The translations under genes were made by a program, and so were the position numbers. Of a DNA stretch of 64,000 nucleotides, positions 39,946-48,865 are shown in pieces (position 1 is the stretch's first letter; the number at the start of each line of letters is the position of its first letter). Where the stretch lies: positions 18,586 through 82,585 of IMG/VR virus record IMGVR_UViG_3300025603_000009, one strand, 5' to 3'. This DNA comes from a virus. Below the pieces are notes generated by a model. The model saw only the letters and a list, made by a program, of their open reading frames with translations. It was not told the DNA's origin and made no database searches.

Positions 39946-40554
39946 ATTAACAATGATAGTAGTATTTGCATGATTAATGATATTGTGCAGATACTACTTG
40001 ATTTAATACTTATAATAATACTAGTATCTTAGCATTGACATTGATCGAAAGAAAACGAATGTGTTAGTGTATATTCATACCATACTAATTAGTATATGTC
40101 AATATTTAGTGTATATTATATATAAGGTATAGATACATTGACAAGTCTACGTACACATACAATACTATATTCAATAGTATTTGCATACACACAATCCCTA
40201 ATTATAAGTTTATACTATACTTGTACACATAATATAGTGACATATACTCACTGTATTTATGCAATTACTCAAGATAAGCGTATAACTAACAGTATTAGAG
40301 TAGCTATTTGCATTAATAATAATAATGTATTAATACTATTCACACTATTTATTACTACTTCAGATACTTGAACTAATGATAGTATCAGAGTTTATTATGT
40401 ATTAACTTTCACAAGCGTTTCCTTATAACTTTGGAATGTTAGTCTTACTCTTATGCTTTAGTCGGCAATAACATTTATTACAATTAGAAGAAATACCTAG
40501 TGTATAGAACAGCACACTAATTGTAGTATTTGTATCATCATAAAAATTAGCATT

Positions 40555-40761
40555 ATGAAACTTAGTATGAAAAGATATACTGTAACTATTAATTTCATTT
40601 TTAATAAGACAGGTAATGTAAAGAGTATTGTTGAGAATGTAAAAACATTAAAAGAAGCATTGTCTTATAAAGATATACTTGATGAAACTGTATCTACAGC
40701 ACGTATTAAAAATAATGTTACAGGTAGAATTAAATGGTTAATACCTCACACAATTAAATAA
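40555..40761 (+). CDS. Small early hypothetical protein
   Basis: ORF with AT-rich leader. Confidence 0.6.
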   Translation: MKLSMKRYTVTINFIFNKTGNVKSIVENVKTLKEALSYKDILDETVSTARIKNNVTGRIKWLIPHTIK

Positions 40762-40773
40762 ATAATAAGAATT

Positions 40774-40941
40774 ATGAGCAAGCGAGTAACAGCAAAGTTT
40801 TTACCTGAAGAAAAGAAAATGAAATTCTTAACAGTATCTAAAGAATACATAGTATTGCGAACAGATGCAGGTGATAATGTATTTATTACAGCCGACGATG
40901 GTACTGTTCGTCCTTATGCACGTAGTATGTTCGAGAATTAG
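40774..40941 (+). CDS. Small early protein (55 aa, SH3-like beta pattern), not in ORF track
   Basis: MSKRVTAKFLPEEKKMKFLTVSKEYIVLRTDAGDNVFITADDGTVRPYARSMFEN. Confidence 0.65.
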   Translation: MSKRVTAKFLPEEKKMKFLTVSKEYIVLRTDAGDNVFITADDGTVRPYARSMFEN

Positions 40942-40980
40942 TATCATCATTTCAATTCATTGTTTTAATACCTACAACAG

Positions 40981-41145
40981 ATGAAAAAAATATTAGTATT
41001 AGTAGTAGTATCTATGATGGTAACATCATGTGTAACTAAACACACAACACAGGGATACAAAAATGTGTGGGAAACTAAAGATGGTAAGATGCGCAAAATG
41101 CGTACAACTGAACGTCCGTTATGTATTGATTCTTGGAAGCCATGA
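40981..41145 (+). CDS. Small lipoprotein (54 aa), not in ORF track
   Basis: MKKILVLVVVSMMVTSC lipobox; stop overlaps the next ATG (ATGA). Confidence 0.7.
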   Translation: MKKILVLVVVSMMVTSCVTKHTTQGYKNVWETKDGKMRKMRTTERPLCIDSWKP

Positions 41146-41354
41146 GTGACAACACGAGACATATATGGGAGGGTTGGACAGTCCAAAACTTCATTGATGA
41201 ACTGGAAATAACTTTCGGTTATCAAAAGCTAAAAGATCTTAATGCACTAAAAAAATGGTGTATGAGTGAGCAACCATACTACAAAAAGCATATACCAGAA
41301 GTGTACAATCACTTCAAACAAAAGTTTGTGCCTGCGGTTGATATGTGGGACTAA
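41142..41354 (+). CDS. Small early hypothetical protein
   Basis: MSDNTRHIWEGWTVQNFIDEL...QPYYKKHIPEV; ATGA coupling. Confidence 0.7.
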   Translation: MSDNTRHIWEGWTVQNFIDELEITFGYQKLKDLNALKKWCMSEQPYYKKHIPEVYNHFKQKFVPAVDMWD

Positions 41355-41367
41355 TCATTAAACATTT

Positions 41368-41449
41368 AAAATGTCTCTTTTATGGGCGAGGTTAATAATC
41401 CACTTTTAAATAAGCATTATTAATAGTGGTTCAAGTCCACTGCATTTTT
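41368..41449 (+). ncRNA. tRNA-like cloverleaf with enlarged anticodon loop
   Basis: 7-bp acceptor AAAAUGU/GCAUUUU, weak D-like arm, 8-bp stem with 16-nt loop, canonical T arm AGUGG-UUCAAGU-CCACU. Confidence 0.55.
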
Positions 41450-41450
41450 T

Positions 41451-41567
41451 ATAGTAACTTTCATCCAATTGCGGGTGATTAACCATATCAGATAAACATT
41501 GTTATTGCTCAATCTAGTTATAGAGCCTTTGTTTCTTGTCAAGGTGCAACCTTGTGAGAGTTATTAT
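41451..41567 (+). ncRNA. Structured RNA with D-arm-like and T-arm-like hairpins
   Basis: 13-bp closing stem 41451-41463/41555-41567; GCUC-AAUCUAGUUAUA-GAGC; CAAGG-UGCAA-CCUUG. Confidence 0.45.
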
Positions 41568-41602
41568 TTATTTAAGTATTTATAATCATTAAAGAAAAAG
41601 AA

Positions 41603-41833
41603 ATGGAAAAAATGCACGTTCAAATAAACGAAGAACAACCTCTTGCAGCAATAGAAGAAGTATTAAAAGCAGCAGATGTTGCAAAAATAGACCCTTCTTA
41701 TCCAAACGAAAAACAAGTTTTATTAGTTATTTATTCAGATGCTTTTTACTGCACTTATAGACATGATGTAAGACTATTTGACGAGGAATTAACTACATTA
41801 CCACAACTACTAAACATTTTAAAAGATGCTTAA
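41603..41833 (+). CDS. Small early hypothetical protein
   Basis: ORF in a tightly packed array. Confidence 0.65.
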   Translation: MEKMHVQINEEQPLAAIEEVLKAADVAKIDPSYPNEKQVLLVIYSDAFYCTYRHDVRLFDEELTTLPQLLNILKDA

Positions 41834-42140
41834 TTTAGGAATAGAACAAATACTAGCATTTTTATTGGGTGTTTTATTTATGTTTACTTGCATATTTGTA
41901 TCAAGTGTAATTAACTACAGACGCAAAAAAGATTCAAGTGAATCTACAAGTACATCAATGGTAGACAGTGTAAATGCAGTTAAAGTACAACAACAGAAAG
42001 TTAATTCATTACTAATTTCGCCTTTGAATGATGAATTAGTGGGAATACATAAAGATGTAAACTCAACTACATTTGTACAAGACCAAATAATAGAATCTGC
42101 AATAGAAGATGTGTTATCAAACTACTTACAAAAACTATAA
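41826..42140 (+). CDS. Membrane-anchored hypothetical protein
   Basis: N-terminal TM helix followed by RRKK. Confidence 0.65.
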   Translation: MLNLGIEQILAFLLGVLFMFTCIFVSSVINYRRKKDSSESTSTSMVDSVNAVKVQQQKVNSLLISPLNDELVGIHKDVNSTTFVQDQIIESAIEDVLSNYLQKL

Positions 42141-42145
42141 ACAAA

Positions 42146-42352
42146 ATGGAACAATCAGAAGAATTAAAAAGATTGTTAGTAGATGCAAGTTATATAGGTG
42201 ACGGTGCATATGTAACTTTAGGAGCATCTGCAATTGAAATAATTGTATTTACTTCAAATGGTATTGATGTACAAAATCAAATACATTTAGATTTAGTAAA
42301 TCTAACATTAATATCAGATTTTTATCACTTGCATAATAACGATGTCTTATGA
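42146..42352 (+). CDS. Small early hypothetical protein
   Basis: YIGDGAYV motif; coupled to the next gene. Confidence 0.65.
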   Translation: MEQSEELKRLLVDASYIGDGAYVTLGASAIEIIVFTSNGIDVQNQIHLDLVNLTLISDFYHLHNNDVL

Positions 42353-42861
42353 AACCAAGAACAGAACTTTCAATAAACGTATTTTTAAAAGCATTAGAAA
42401 CAGACACTATTGTAAAAGGTACGTGTTCAGCTTGTGCAGTAGGTAATATGATAGCAGCAGCAAATTCTGTACGTGTACGTAAACATCCAACACAACAATT
42501 TGGTAAGGATATGTTAAATTACGTAACAGACAACTTTATACCAAACTGGGTACGAGTGTTTGTAACAACACACAAGGGTGTACAACGATATTATCCAGAA
42601 AAATTAACAGGTGCAATAGAAAAAATGTTACTTAAAACAAATTTTACTATTGACGAATTAAGAATAATTGAACACACATTTGAAACAACTGCTAAACATC
42701 ATTATCTATCTTATCCTACATTACATCCAAACATTGTACGTCAAGATATACTCAATGGTTTAATTGCTGTAGTAGAAGAAATGTTATTATTTGACAAATC
42801 TACAAAAGATGTTAAAGATGTATTTACATCTAAAGCTCTATTAATTCCAGTTAATTCTTAA
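42349..42861 (+). CDS. Hypothetical protein with CxxCAVGN motif
   Basis: KGTCSACAVGNMIA. Confidence 0.7.
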   Translation: MKPRTELSINVFLKALETDTIVKGTCSACAVGNMIAAANSVRVRKHPTQQFGKDMLNYVTDNFIPNWVRVFVTTHKGVQRYYPEKLTGAIEKMLLKTNFTIDELRIIEHTFETTAKHHYLSYPTLHPNIVRQDILNGLIAVVEEMLLFDKSTKDVKDVFTSKALLIPVNS

Positions 42862-42863
42862 TT

Positions 42864-43160
42864 ATGAAAAAGCAAGATATAGTAGCCTTAATAAGTAGGC
42901 ATTGTTTAAAAACTACTAATACAAAGAAACACGGATTAGTAGGTTCAGAAATATCTATAAACACTTTTGCTGATGCATTACTTGAAGAATTAGACTTTTC
43001 TTCTACACCCATGCAAAAACTTCACAAGCTGATGGCAGAACATGACGGTGTAGCACTACATCTACGTCATTTATTTGAGAACAAACAGTACGACAGAATA
43101 TGCTATATTACAGGCATTGATGTTGCATATATTCATAAACCAATAGTACCAAAAACATAG
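42864..43160 (+). CDS. Hypothetical protein
   Basis: ORF in array. Confidence 0.6.
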   Translation: MKKQDIVALISRHCLKTTNTKKHGLVGSEISINTFADALLEELDFSSTPMQKLHKLMAEHDGVALHLRHLFENKQYDRICYITGIDVAYIHKPIVPKT

Positions 43161-43164
43161 TATT

Positions 43165-43359
43165 ATGCAATGGACACCAACAACAGCATGGATAGATGAA
43201 TGTGTATTTATGTTAGTATTTGTTCCAATAGGTATTATTCGCTCTATATGGTATAATGTATCAATATGTTATACTAATATGTATCCACTTAAACATACTC
43301 ATGTATGTTTATTAACACTGCTATTAATTTTTATTCTCGTTTTAACTTTAACCATTTAA
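43165..43359 (+). CDS. Small two-TM membrane protein
   Basis: Two hydrophobic segments. Confidence 0.55.
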   Translation: MQWTPTTAWIDECVFMLVFVPIGIIRSIWYNVSICYTNMYPLKHTHVCLLTLLLIFILVLTLTI

Positions 43360-43369
43360 ATTTTTAATT

Positions 43370-43828
43370 ATGAGTAAGTCGTTAGAAAATGCAGTTCAAT
43401 TAGAAGCGCACGAAATATTACTTTTAACTCCATTTCAAAAAGCAACTAATGCTATAATATGGATAAAAGAATTGTTAGCAACAAAAGCTAAACAAGGAAA
43501 TAGTAAACTTGGAAATGCAAAAGTAGGTTTTTGTTGTTTAGGTGTAGGGTGTACAATTTTAAACATAAAAGATTATAGCTTTGTTGCAGGTACAGATGCA
43601 AGATTTACAGCAAGCGTAGGATTAATAACTCACGTTGGTTATCCACACTATCCTGATCATAAAGACCCATTTTTACGGTCATTAACAGAGTTAAATGATA
43701 ATGAAAAGTACACGTTTAAACAAATTGCTGTACATCTTTGTAAGCATCATTTATACTATTTTCATAAAGATGTATCTGATCAAATAGGTATATTATTAAA
43801 AGAAGAAAATTTAATACAAACCTCTTAA
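43370..43828 (+). CDS. Phage hypothetical protein (CCLGV...ND...TFxxIA)
   Basis: GFCCLGVGC and LNDNEKYTFKQIA. Confidence 0.7.
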   Translation: MSKSLENAVQLEAHEILLLTPFQKATNAIIWIKELLATKAKQGNSKLGNAKVGFCCLGVGCTILNIKDYSFVAGTDARFTASVGLITHVGYPHYPDHKDPFLRSLTELNDNEKYTFKQIAVHLCKHHLYYFHKDVSDQIGILLKEENLIQTS

Positions 43829-43838
43829 TTCTATTCTC

Positions 43839-44027
43839 ATGTTTACATTATTTGTTATTTGTTTAATAATTGGAGTAGTTGCATCGGTTGTATTACTTAT
43901 AGCTGCAGGAAATTCTTCTGATTCTATACCATCAAGTAAGCATCTTAAAATGTTATTATTTATTGTTGTACTTATGTATGTTATTGGATGCATCGCGTAT
44001 TCAAATGTATATCCACCACTTGATTAA
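43839..44027 (+). CDS. Small two-TM membrane protein
   Basis: Two hydrophobic segments. Confidence 0.6.
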   Translation: MFTLFVICLIIGVVASVVLLIAAGNSSDSIPSSKHLKMLLFIVVLMYVIGCIAYSNVYPPLD

Positions 44028-44038
44028 TATTTACAATT

Positions 44039-44521
44039 ATGAATATCCAAAACTTAAAAAGAATACGTAATTACATTCAATCAATACCAGAAGATCGTAT
44101 TGATATGAGAACATTTGGAAGTTCTTCTAATATACTTTTAGATTTCAGAACAAAAGAAATTGACCCAGAAGCAGTAAAAGAACTTACAGACTGTAATACA
44201 GTAGCCTGTATAATAGGTCATTCTATAATATTAGATTTAGATTTGTATGCAGAAATAGCAAAAGAAAACGCATACAAATCTACAAATTGTACAGAATGGG
44301 CTACAAAATTTTGTGAACTTGATAATACGTATCAATTTTCATGGTTATTTGGACCAACATGGCACGCCAGTTTTAAAACTGTTGCTGATATAACTGTACG
44401 ATTGAATTATGCAATAGAACATAATTCAATACCAATAAATGCGTTAAAGCAAATAAAAAGCGGAGTTTTTTATAATGTAATGTACATTTTATTTAAGCAC
44501 AATTTAAAATATATACCATAA
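44039..44521 (+). CDS. Phage hypothetical protein (CNTVACIIGH)
   Basis: IDMRTF...CNTVACIIGH...WLFG. Confidence 0.7.
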   Translation: MNIQNLKRIRNYIQSIPEDRIDMRTFGSSSNILLDFRTKEIDPEAVKELTDCNTVACIIGHSIILDLDLYAEIAKENAYKSTNCTEWATKFCELDNTYQFSWLFGPTWHASFKTVADITVRLNYAIEHNSIPINALKQIKSGVFYNVMYILFKHNLKYIP

Positions 44522-44844
44522 TGGAAATTCAATCTTCTATACAAGCAGTGTTAACATTTTTTTTAATACTATTAACAGGTGCTTTTATTTACACATCGGA
44601 CAAAAGTGTTGAAAATGTTACAACAAAACCTGTTATTACTTCTCATGTAATAGTAGCTACAGTGGTTTTAAAAAAAGATACTGTAAAAATACCATTTAAA
44701 TTACAAGGGAAGCCTTATTATGATATAAACGATGCTATAACTGTACGTTTTATCAATGATACAGCTATAATTATTAACAATAGACTTACAACTTTAGATG
44801 GTATTGCCACTTATAAAGGAGTAGTCGTAAAAATCGTAGAATAA
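44521..44844 (+). CDS. Membrane-anchored hypothetical protein
   Basis: N-terminal TM helix; stop/start overlap with neighbours. Confidence 0.6.
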   Translation: MEIQSSIQAVLTFFLILLTGAFIYTSDKSVENVTTKPVITSHVIVATVVLKKDTVKIPFKLQGKPYYDINDAITVRFINDTAIIINNRLTTLDGIATYKGVVVKIVE

Positions 44845-45071
44845 TGGCTATTATATTGTTACCTACAACACACGAAAAAATGATGTGTTTGATAAAGGAT
44901 TTTAAGCACACAAAAAAACTTCTTATTATAAATGTAAGTGCAGCTAATTATTTTAGAAAAGCATTTATAAATGCAATGGTAGATGGTGATTCACAAACTG
45001 TTAAATTGTTATATATTGAATATTGTGATCGCAAACACAATGTTAATTATATTAAAACATTGTTAAATTAA
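44844..45071 (+). CDS. Hypothetical protein
   Basis: TAATG coupling. Confidence 0.55.
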   Translation: MAIILLPTTHEKMMCLIKDFKHTKKLLIINVSAANYFRKAFINAMVDGDSQTVKLLYIEYCDRKHNVNYIKTLLN

Positions 45072-45102
45072 CAATAAAATAAATACTGAATTACTATAAA
45101 TT

Positions 45103-45354
45103 ATGGCTTACGATATAGAAATAAAAAAAGAAACACCCAACTTAAAAGATGTTAAAGTAGCTGATTTACCTTGTTTAGGTAAAAATAAGATTACTGGGAA
45201 TATTTCCCAATTAATAGGTGTAAATGGTAATCAATTTATTACACATAGCCGTAGATCTAGTGCAGTGTGTGGTGATAGTAGTAAGGGTGTTAGATTGTTA
45301 TCAAACTACACTTTAGCACCTCCTAACACCTCAATAACAATCACCCAACCCTAA
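45103..45354 (+). CDS. Hypothetical protein
   Basis: ORF. Confidence 0.6.
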   Translation: MAYDIEIKKETPNLKDVKVADLPCLGKNKITGNISQLIGVNGNQFITHSRRSSAVCGDSSKGVRLLSNYTLAPPNTSITITQP

Positions 45355-45402
45355 TACCAATAATAATCTATATACTTACTATAAACAACACAAATAAAAT
45401 AG

Positions 45403-45433
45403 TTGGTATTGTAAAATTAATTTAGTATCTTTG
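45403..45433 (+). promoter_or_regulatory. Bacteroidota sigma70-type promoter (middle genes)
   Basis: TTG at 45403, 20-nt spacer, TATCTTTG at 45426-45433. Confidence 0.65.
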
Positions 45434-45453
45434 ATACTGTAACATTAAAAAAA

Positions 45454-45747
45454 ATGGCTAAGATTAAAAGCAAACCGAACAAGAATGTTGTATTAAATAC
45501 TAACATTCGTCGTAGTAAAATTGCATTACGTAATTTTAAATCTAAATTTGACAAAGTTGAACACGCATTACGTGTTGTTGGTAACAATGGGGGTAAACTT
45601 CCTGGTCAAGTAATGGGTAATGAAAGACTAGGTGCTACGGAATTTTCTATATCTGATGGTGTAGGTATTTACGTACTTGGTAAAGTAGATTACCTTCAAA
45701 AAGTAGGTATGCGAAAAGTACCTTTTGTAGTAAAAAAGAAATACTAA
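45454..45747 (+). CDS. Small basic protein (own promoter and terminator)
   Basis: Lys/Arg-rich, 97 aa. Confidence 0.7.
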   Translation: MAKIKSKPNKNVVLNTNIRRSKIALRNFKSKFDKVEHALRVVGNNGGKLPGQVMGNERLGATEFSISDGVGIYVLGKVDYLQKVGMRKVPFVVKKKY

Positions 45748-45749
45748 AT

Positions 45750-45787
45750 AATATAGGCTAGTAATTATTAATTGCTAGCCTATATTT
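45750..45787 (+). terminator. Intrinsic terminator/hairpin
   Basis: aatataggctagtaat...attgctagcctatatt. Confidence 0.6.
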
Positions 45788-45800
45788 AATTTTAAATGTT

Positions 45801-46157
45801 ATGTTTCAACCTAAAGGTACGTTAAATCAACAAAGTAATAGTAAGTCTAATCCTACTGTTAAACGTGTAACTACATCTAATACACATAATAAAAAATTAG
45901 ATGCTGCTTTAAAACAAAGTCTTATAAGTGAAAAAGAAGCTGTAATGGTTAAAGCTGAATATAGTAAACTTGACGATATGGTTAAAAACATTGTTAAGAA
46001 AGGAAAAGAAATTAGCTTTACTGTATTACAAGAAAACCCTACTTTTAATTATTCAATTAATGTAGATAGATATGTTATTGAAGTAAAAGAAACTATTAAA
46101 GTTTTATTATATAACGAATGTTTTTTAGAGTATAATAGAGAATCTATTGTAAAATAA
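45801..46157 (+). CDS. Hypothetical protein
   Basis: ORF. Confidence 0.65.
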   Translation: MFQPKGTLNQQSNSKSNPTVKRVTTSNTHNKKLDAALKQSLISEKEAVMVKAEYSKLDDMVKNIVKKGKEISFTVLQENPTFNYSINVDRYVIEVKETIKVLLYNECFLEYNRESIVK

Positions 46158-46175
46158 CATTATAATATTTAAATT

Positions 46176-46361
46176 ATGACTAGTAAAATAGATCAATTAC
46201 TTAACGATGCAAAATTGCACGTAAAACAAGCTGAAGAAAAAGTACAACATTGGAAGGCAATACACAATGAAAGAAAAAGATATTTAAGTACAATAGAGAT
46301 TATAAAGGACGTTAAGAAACCTACAAGTACAAGTGTAAATACTGATAAAGATACTTTTTAA
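46176..46361 (+). CDS. Small coiled-coil protein
   Basis: ORF. Confidence 0.55.
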   Translation: MTSKIDQLLNDAKLHVKQAEEKVQHWKAIHNERKRYLSTIEIIKDVKKPTSTSVNTDKDTF

Positions 46362-46413
46362 CCCTTTGTATACTGCTCTGTAGCATACTAACCTTACCAT
46401 TTACCCGTAATAC

Positions 46414-47088
46414 ATGATTTATTCAGTACATACCGAACACGGAAAAGACGTATTGACGCATAAATTAGACGTTAAACTGCACGAATGTATAGATTTAGAA
46501 GACTTTTGCTGCCTTGTGTACGGTTATAACGATAAAATGTCACCAACAATACGGTTAACGTGTGATTCAGATTATGAGAAAGCCTATAGTCAATTTTATA
46601 ACACTGTAAAAGCGATTATTAAGATTTGGCGTAATCCAAATAATTTAACAGAATTGTCTTTAAATGCTATTATGGAACTAGCTGAAGCATTGATGTATAA
46701 TAACTCTTATTTATGTAGATTAAGAGTTGGTAATATTGAAGCTAATATATTAGGCAATAAATTTTTATTTACAAACATTGTAAAATATGTTGTAGATAAA
46801 GATGATAAAATTATAGCAAATTTTGATAAAGAAATTGCTAAAGAAATTAAGCAAATATTTCCTCTAACTTTAGATAAAGTATCAGATGTAAAGAATGCTG
46901 CTAAATATTATACAAAATGGATGAGTATACTTCCATTCACAGGCGCAAATACTATAATAGCAAATGTGTGTATAATGTTAATCTACTATTATAGATACAA
47001 TAAAATAATTTGTTTCACGGACAACTACTCAAAAAACTATTCCTATGTCTATAACATTAACAAGCGGGCAAACACTAGCGGTAAATAA
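46414..47088 (+). CDS. Degenerate Fic/Doc-like protein
   Basis: SILPFTGANTIIAN aligns by eye to IHPFxDGNGRxxR; upstream LSLNAIMELAEALM...RLRVGNI resembles the Fic helix and flap. Confidence 0.5.
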   Translation: MIYSVHTEHGKDVLTHKLDVKLHECIDLEDFCCLVYGYNDKMSPTIRLTCDSDYEKAYSQFYNTVKAIIKIWRNPNNLTELSLNAIMELAEALMYNNSYLCRLRVGNIEANILGNKFLFTNIVKYVVDKDDKIIANFDKEIAKEIKQIFPLTLDKVSDVKNAAKYYTKWMSILPFTGANTIIANVCIMLIYYYRYNKIICFTDNYSKNYSYVYNINKRANTSGK

Positions 47089-48436
47089 ATTGTTAGAATT
47101 TGAAAAATCAGATCATTTGTCTGCTTCACTGATAGGTTTTGCTGGTACTGGCAAAACTACTATTATTGACGACTATTTAAGACGTACTGCTAAAATGCAA
47201 AAACTTATTTTTGTAAGTGCTCCTACACATAAAGCTAAATCAGTTATACAAGCAATAACTTCTCGTAAAGGATTGACTATTCAATCTTTACTTGGACTTA
47301 GACCTACTGTTGATTTAGAAAATTTTGACTATAATAATCCAAAATTTAAAAGAACAGAAGATGCTAAAATAGGTGAATTTAGTAATGGTGTTGGTATTAT
47401 TGATGAAAGCTCAATGTTATCTAAACAACTTACTTTATATCTTAAAGAAGAAGCTGCTAAATGTAGAGTTAAACTTATTTTTGTAGGTGATGATTATCAA
47501 TTGCCGCCCGTGAAAGAAAGTTATTCTACTGCACTTCGTGATTCAGATATTATTATAAAACTTACTGAAATAGTACGTCAATCTGAATTAAATCCTACTG
47601 TAAATCTTATCAAAAGAATTATTAATGATATTGATACTGGTGGGTCTACTATGATAGATTATCTTAAAGAGAACAGAAATGGGATAGTTGAAGATGAAGG
47701 TTATAGTGTATTAGACGATTTATCTTTTGCTACAGAAGCAAAAAAGTTATTTAAATCCGATCATTTTGATTTAAATAAACAATATGCTAAATATATTGCT
47801 TGGACTAATGTAGATGTATCTGGTTTTAATGAGAAGATTAGAAAACTAATGTTTGATGAACCTGAATATATTGAAAATGGAGAACTGTTATTTGGTTATA
47901 AGCATATACTATTAAATGACAATAGTGCATTAATTGTAAATTCCGAAGAATACTTAGTTACTAGTTGTAAACTAATGGAATATGATAGTAGACTGGAAGA
48001 AGAAGGTTACTCAAAAATAGATATGTATAGAGTAAGTATTAAACCTTTAACAGGTACAGAAGCTAATACTAAAATAATAACTATTGTTGCGCCTGAAGGT
48101 GTTCAAGAATTTAAACGTGTATTCAATTTAAATTTAAAAGAAGCTCTTGTTGATAGAACTGGTTGGAAACAGTTTTATAACTATAAACAATATAAAATAG
48201 TTTTAGGGCAACTTAATAATACTGCTGGAGAAAAGTATCATAAAAAACCTTCTTACATCGGTAAAGATATTGATTACGGTTATGGTATAACTGTACATAA
48301 ATCGCAAGGTAGTACATATACCAATTGTATTGTTAATTTACGTAATATTATGCGTCAAAGAGACCCTATTGAAAGAAATAAATTAATTTATGTTGCAATT
48401 ACTAGAGCTAGTAATAAAACATTGTTATATATTTAA
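47045..48436 (+). CDS. SF1B helicase (Dda/RecD-like)
   Basis: GFAGTGKT, APTHKA, IIDESSM, GDDYQLPPV, TVHKSQGST and YVAITRA. Confidence 0.92.
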   Translation: MSITLTSGQTLAVNKLLEFEKSDHLSASLIGFAGTGKTTIIDDYLRRTAKMQKLIFVSAPTHKAKSVIQAITSRKGLTIQSLLGLRPTVDLENFDYNNPKFKRTEDAKIGEFSNGVGIIDESSMLSKQLTLYLKEEAAKCRVKLIFVGDDYQLPPVKESYSTALRDSDIIIKLTEIVRQSELNPTVNLIKRIINDIDTGGSTMIDYLKENRNGIVEDEGYSVLDDLSFATEAKKLFKSDHFDLNKQYAKYIAWTNVDVSGFNEKIRKLMFDEPEYIENGELLFGYKHILLNDNSALIVNSEEYLVTSCKLMEYDSRLEEEGYSKIDMYRVSIKPLTGTEANTKIITIVAPEGVQEFKRVFNLNLKEALVDRTGWKQFYNYKQYKIVLGQLNNTAGEKYHKKPSYIGKDIDYGYGITVHKSQGSTYTNCIVNLRNIMRQRDPIERNKLIYVAITRASNKTLLYI

Positions 48437-48565
48437 GCTAGCAAAAAAATTCATTGAGAAATTATAGTCACCTATAAAACAAATGTTATAAAGGGTGTTA
48501 ATGTGGTAAACCACGATGAATAGCTAGTTTATGCTAATTTTTATTAATCTACAAAAACTGTTGTT

Positions 48566-48865
48566 ATGAAAGAATCTAAGAATTTTGATAAACCTGAAAA
48601 GTATTGGAAATTTAATAGCCATTTGGTTAGTAAAGGTGTTCCTACAGGTACTAGACGAAAATTACCAGGCGCAGCGTATTTTGTACTAGTAAATACTCAA
48701 GTACAACCAGGTGGTTATAGAGCCAGAGATTCAGGTAATCTTATGCTAAATAATAGCCAAAATAACCGAAAAAAAACATTGCGTAGTTCTTCAAAAAGAG
48801 TAACTACATTTCGTAAACGTGCATTTAGCTGGTCTACACGTAAATCTTTTCGGAATGAAAAATAA
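48566..48865 (+). CDS. Small basic hypothetical protein
   Basis: ORF, Arg/Lys-rich. Confidence 0.6.
   Translation: MKESKNFDKPEKYWKFNSHLVSKGVPTGTRRKLPGAAYFVLVNTQVQPGGYRARDSGNLMLNNSQNNRKKTLRSSSKRVTTFRKRAFSWSTRKSFRNEK

Noticed and set aside
40138-40371. 77-aa TTG-start ORF
   Set aside because: Atypical composition and weak start; more likely non-coding
40965-41225. Minus-strand 86-aa ORF
   Set aside because: Antisense to two better-supported plus-strand small genes
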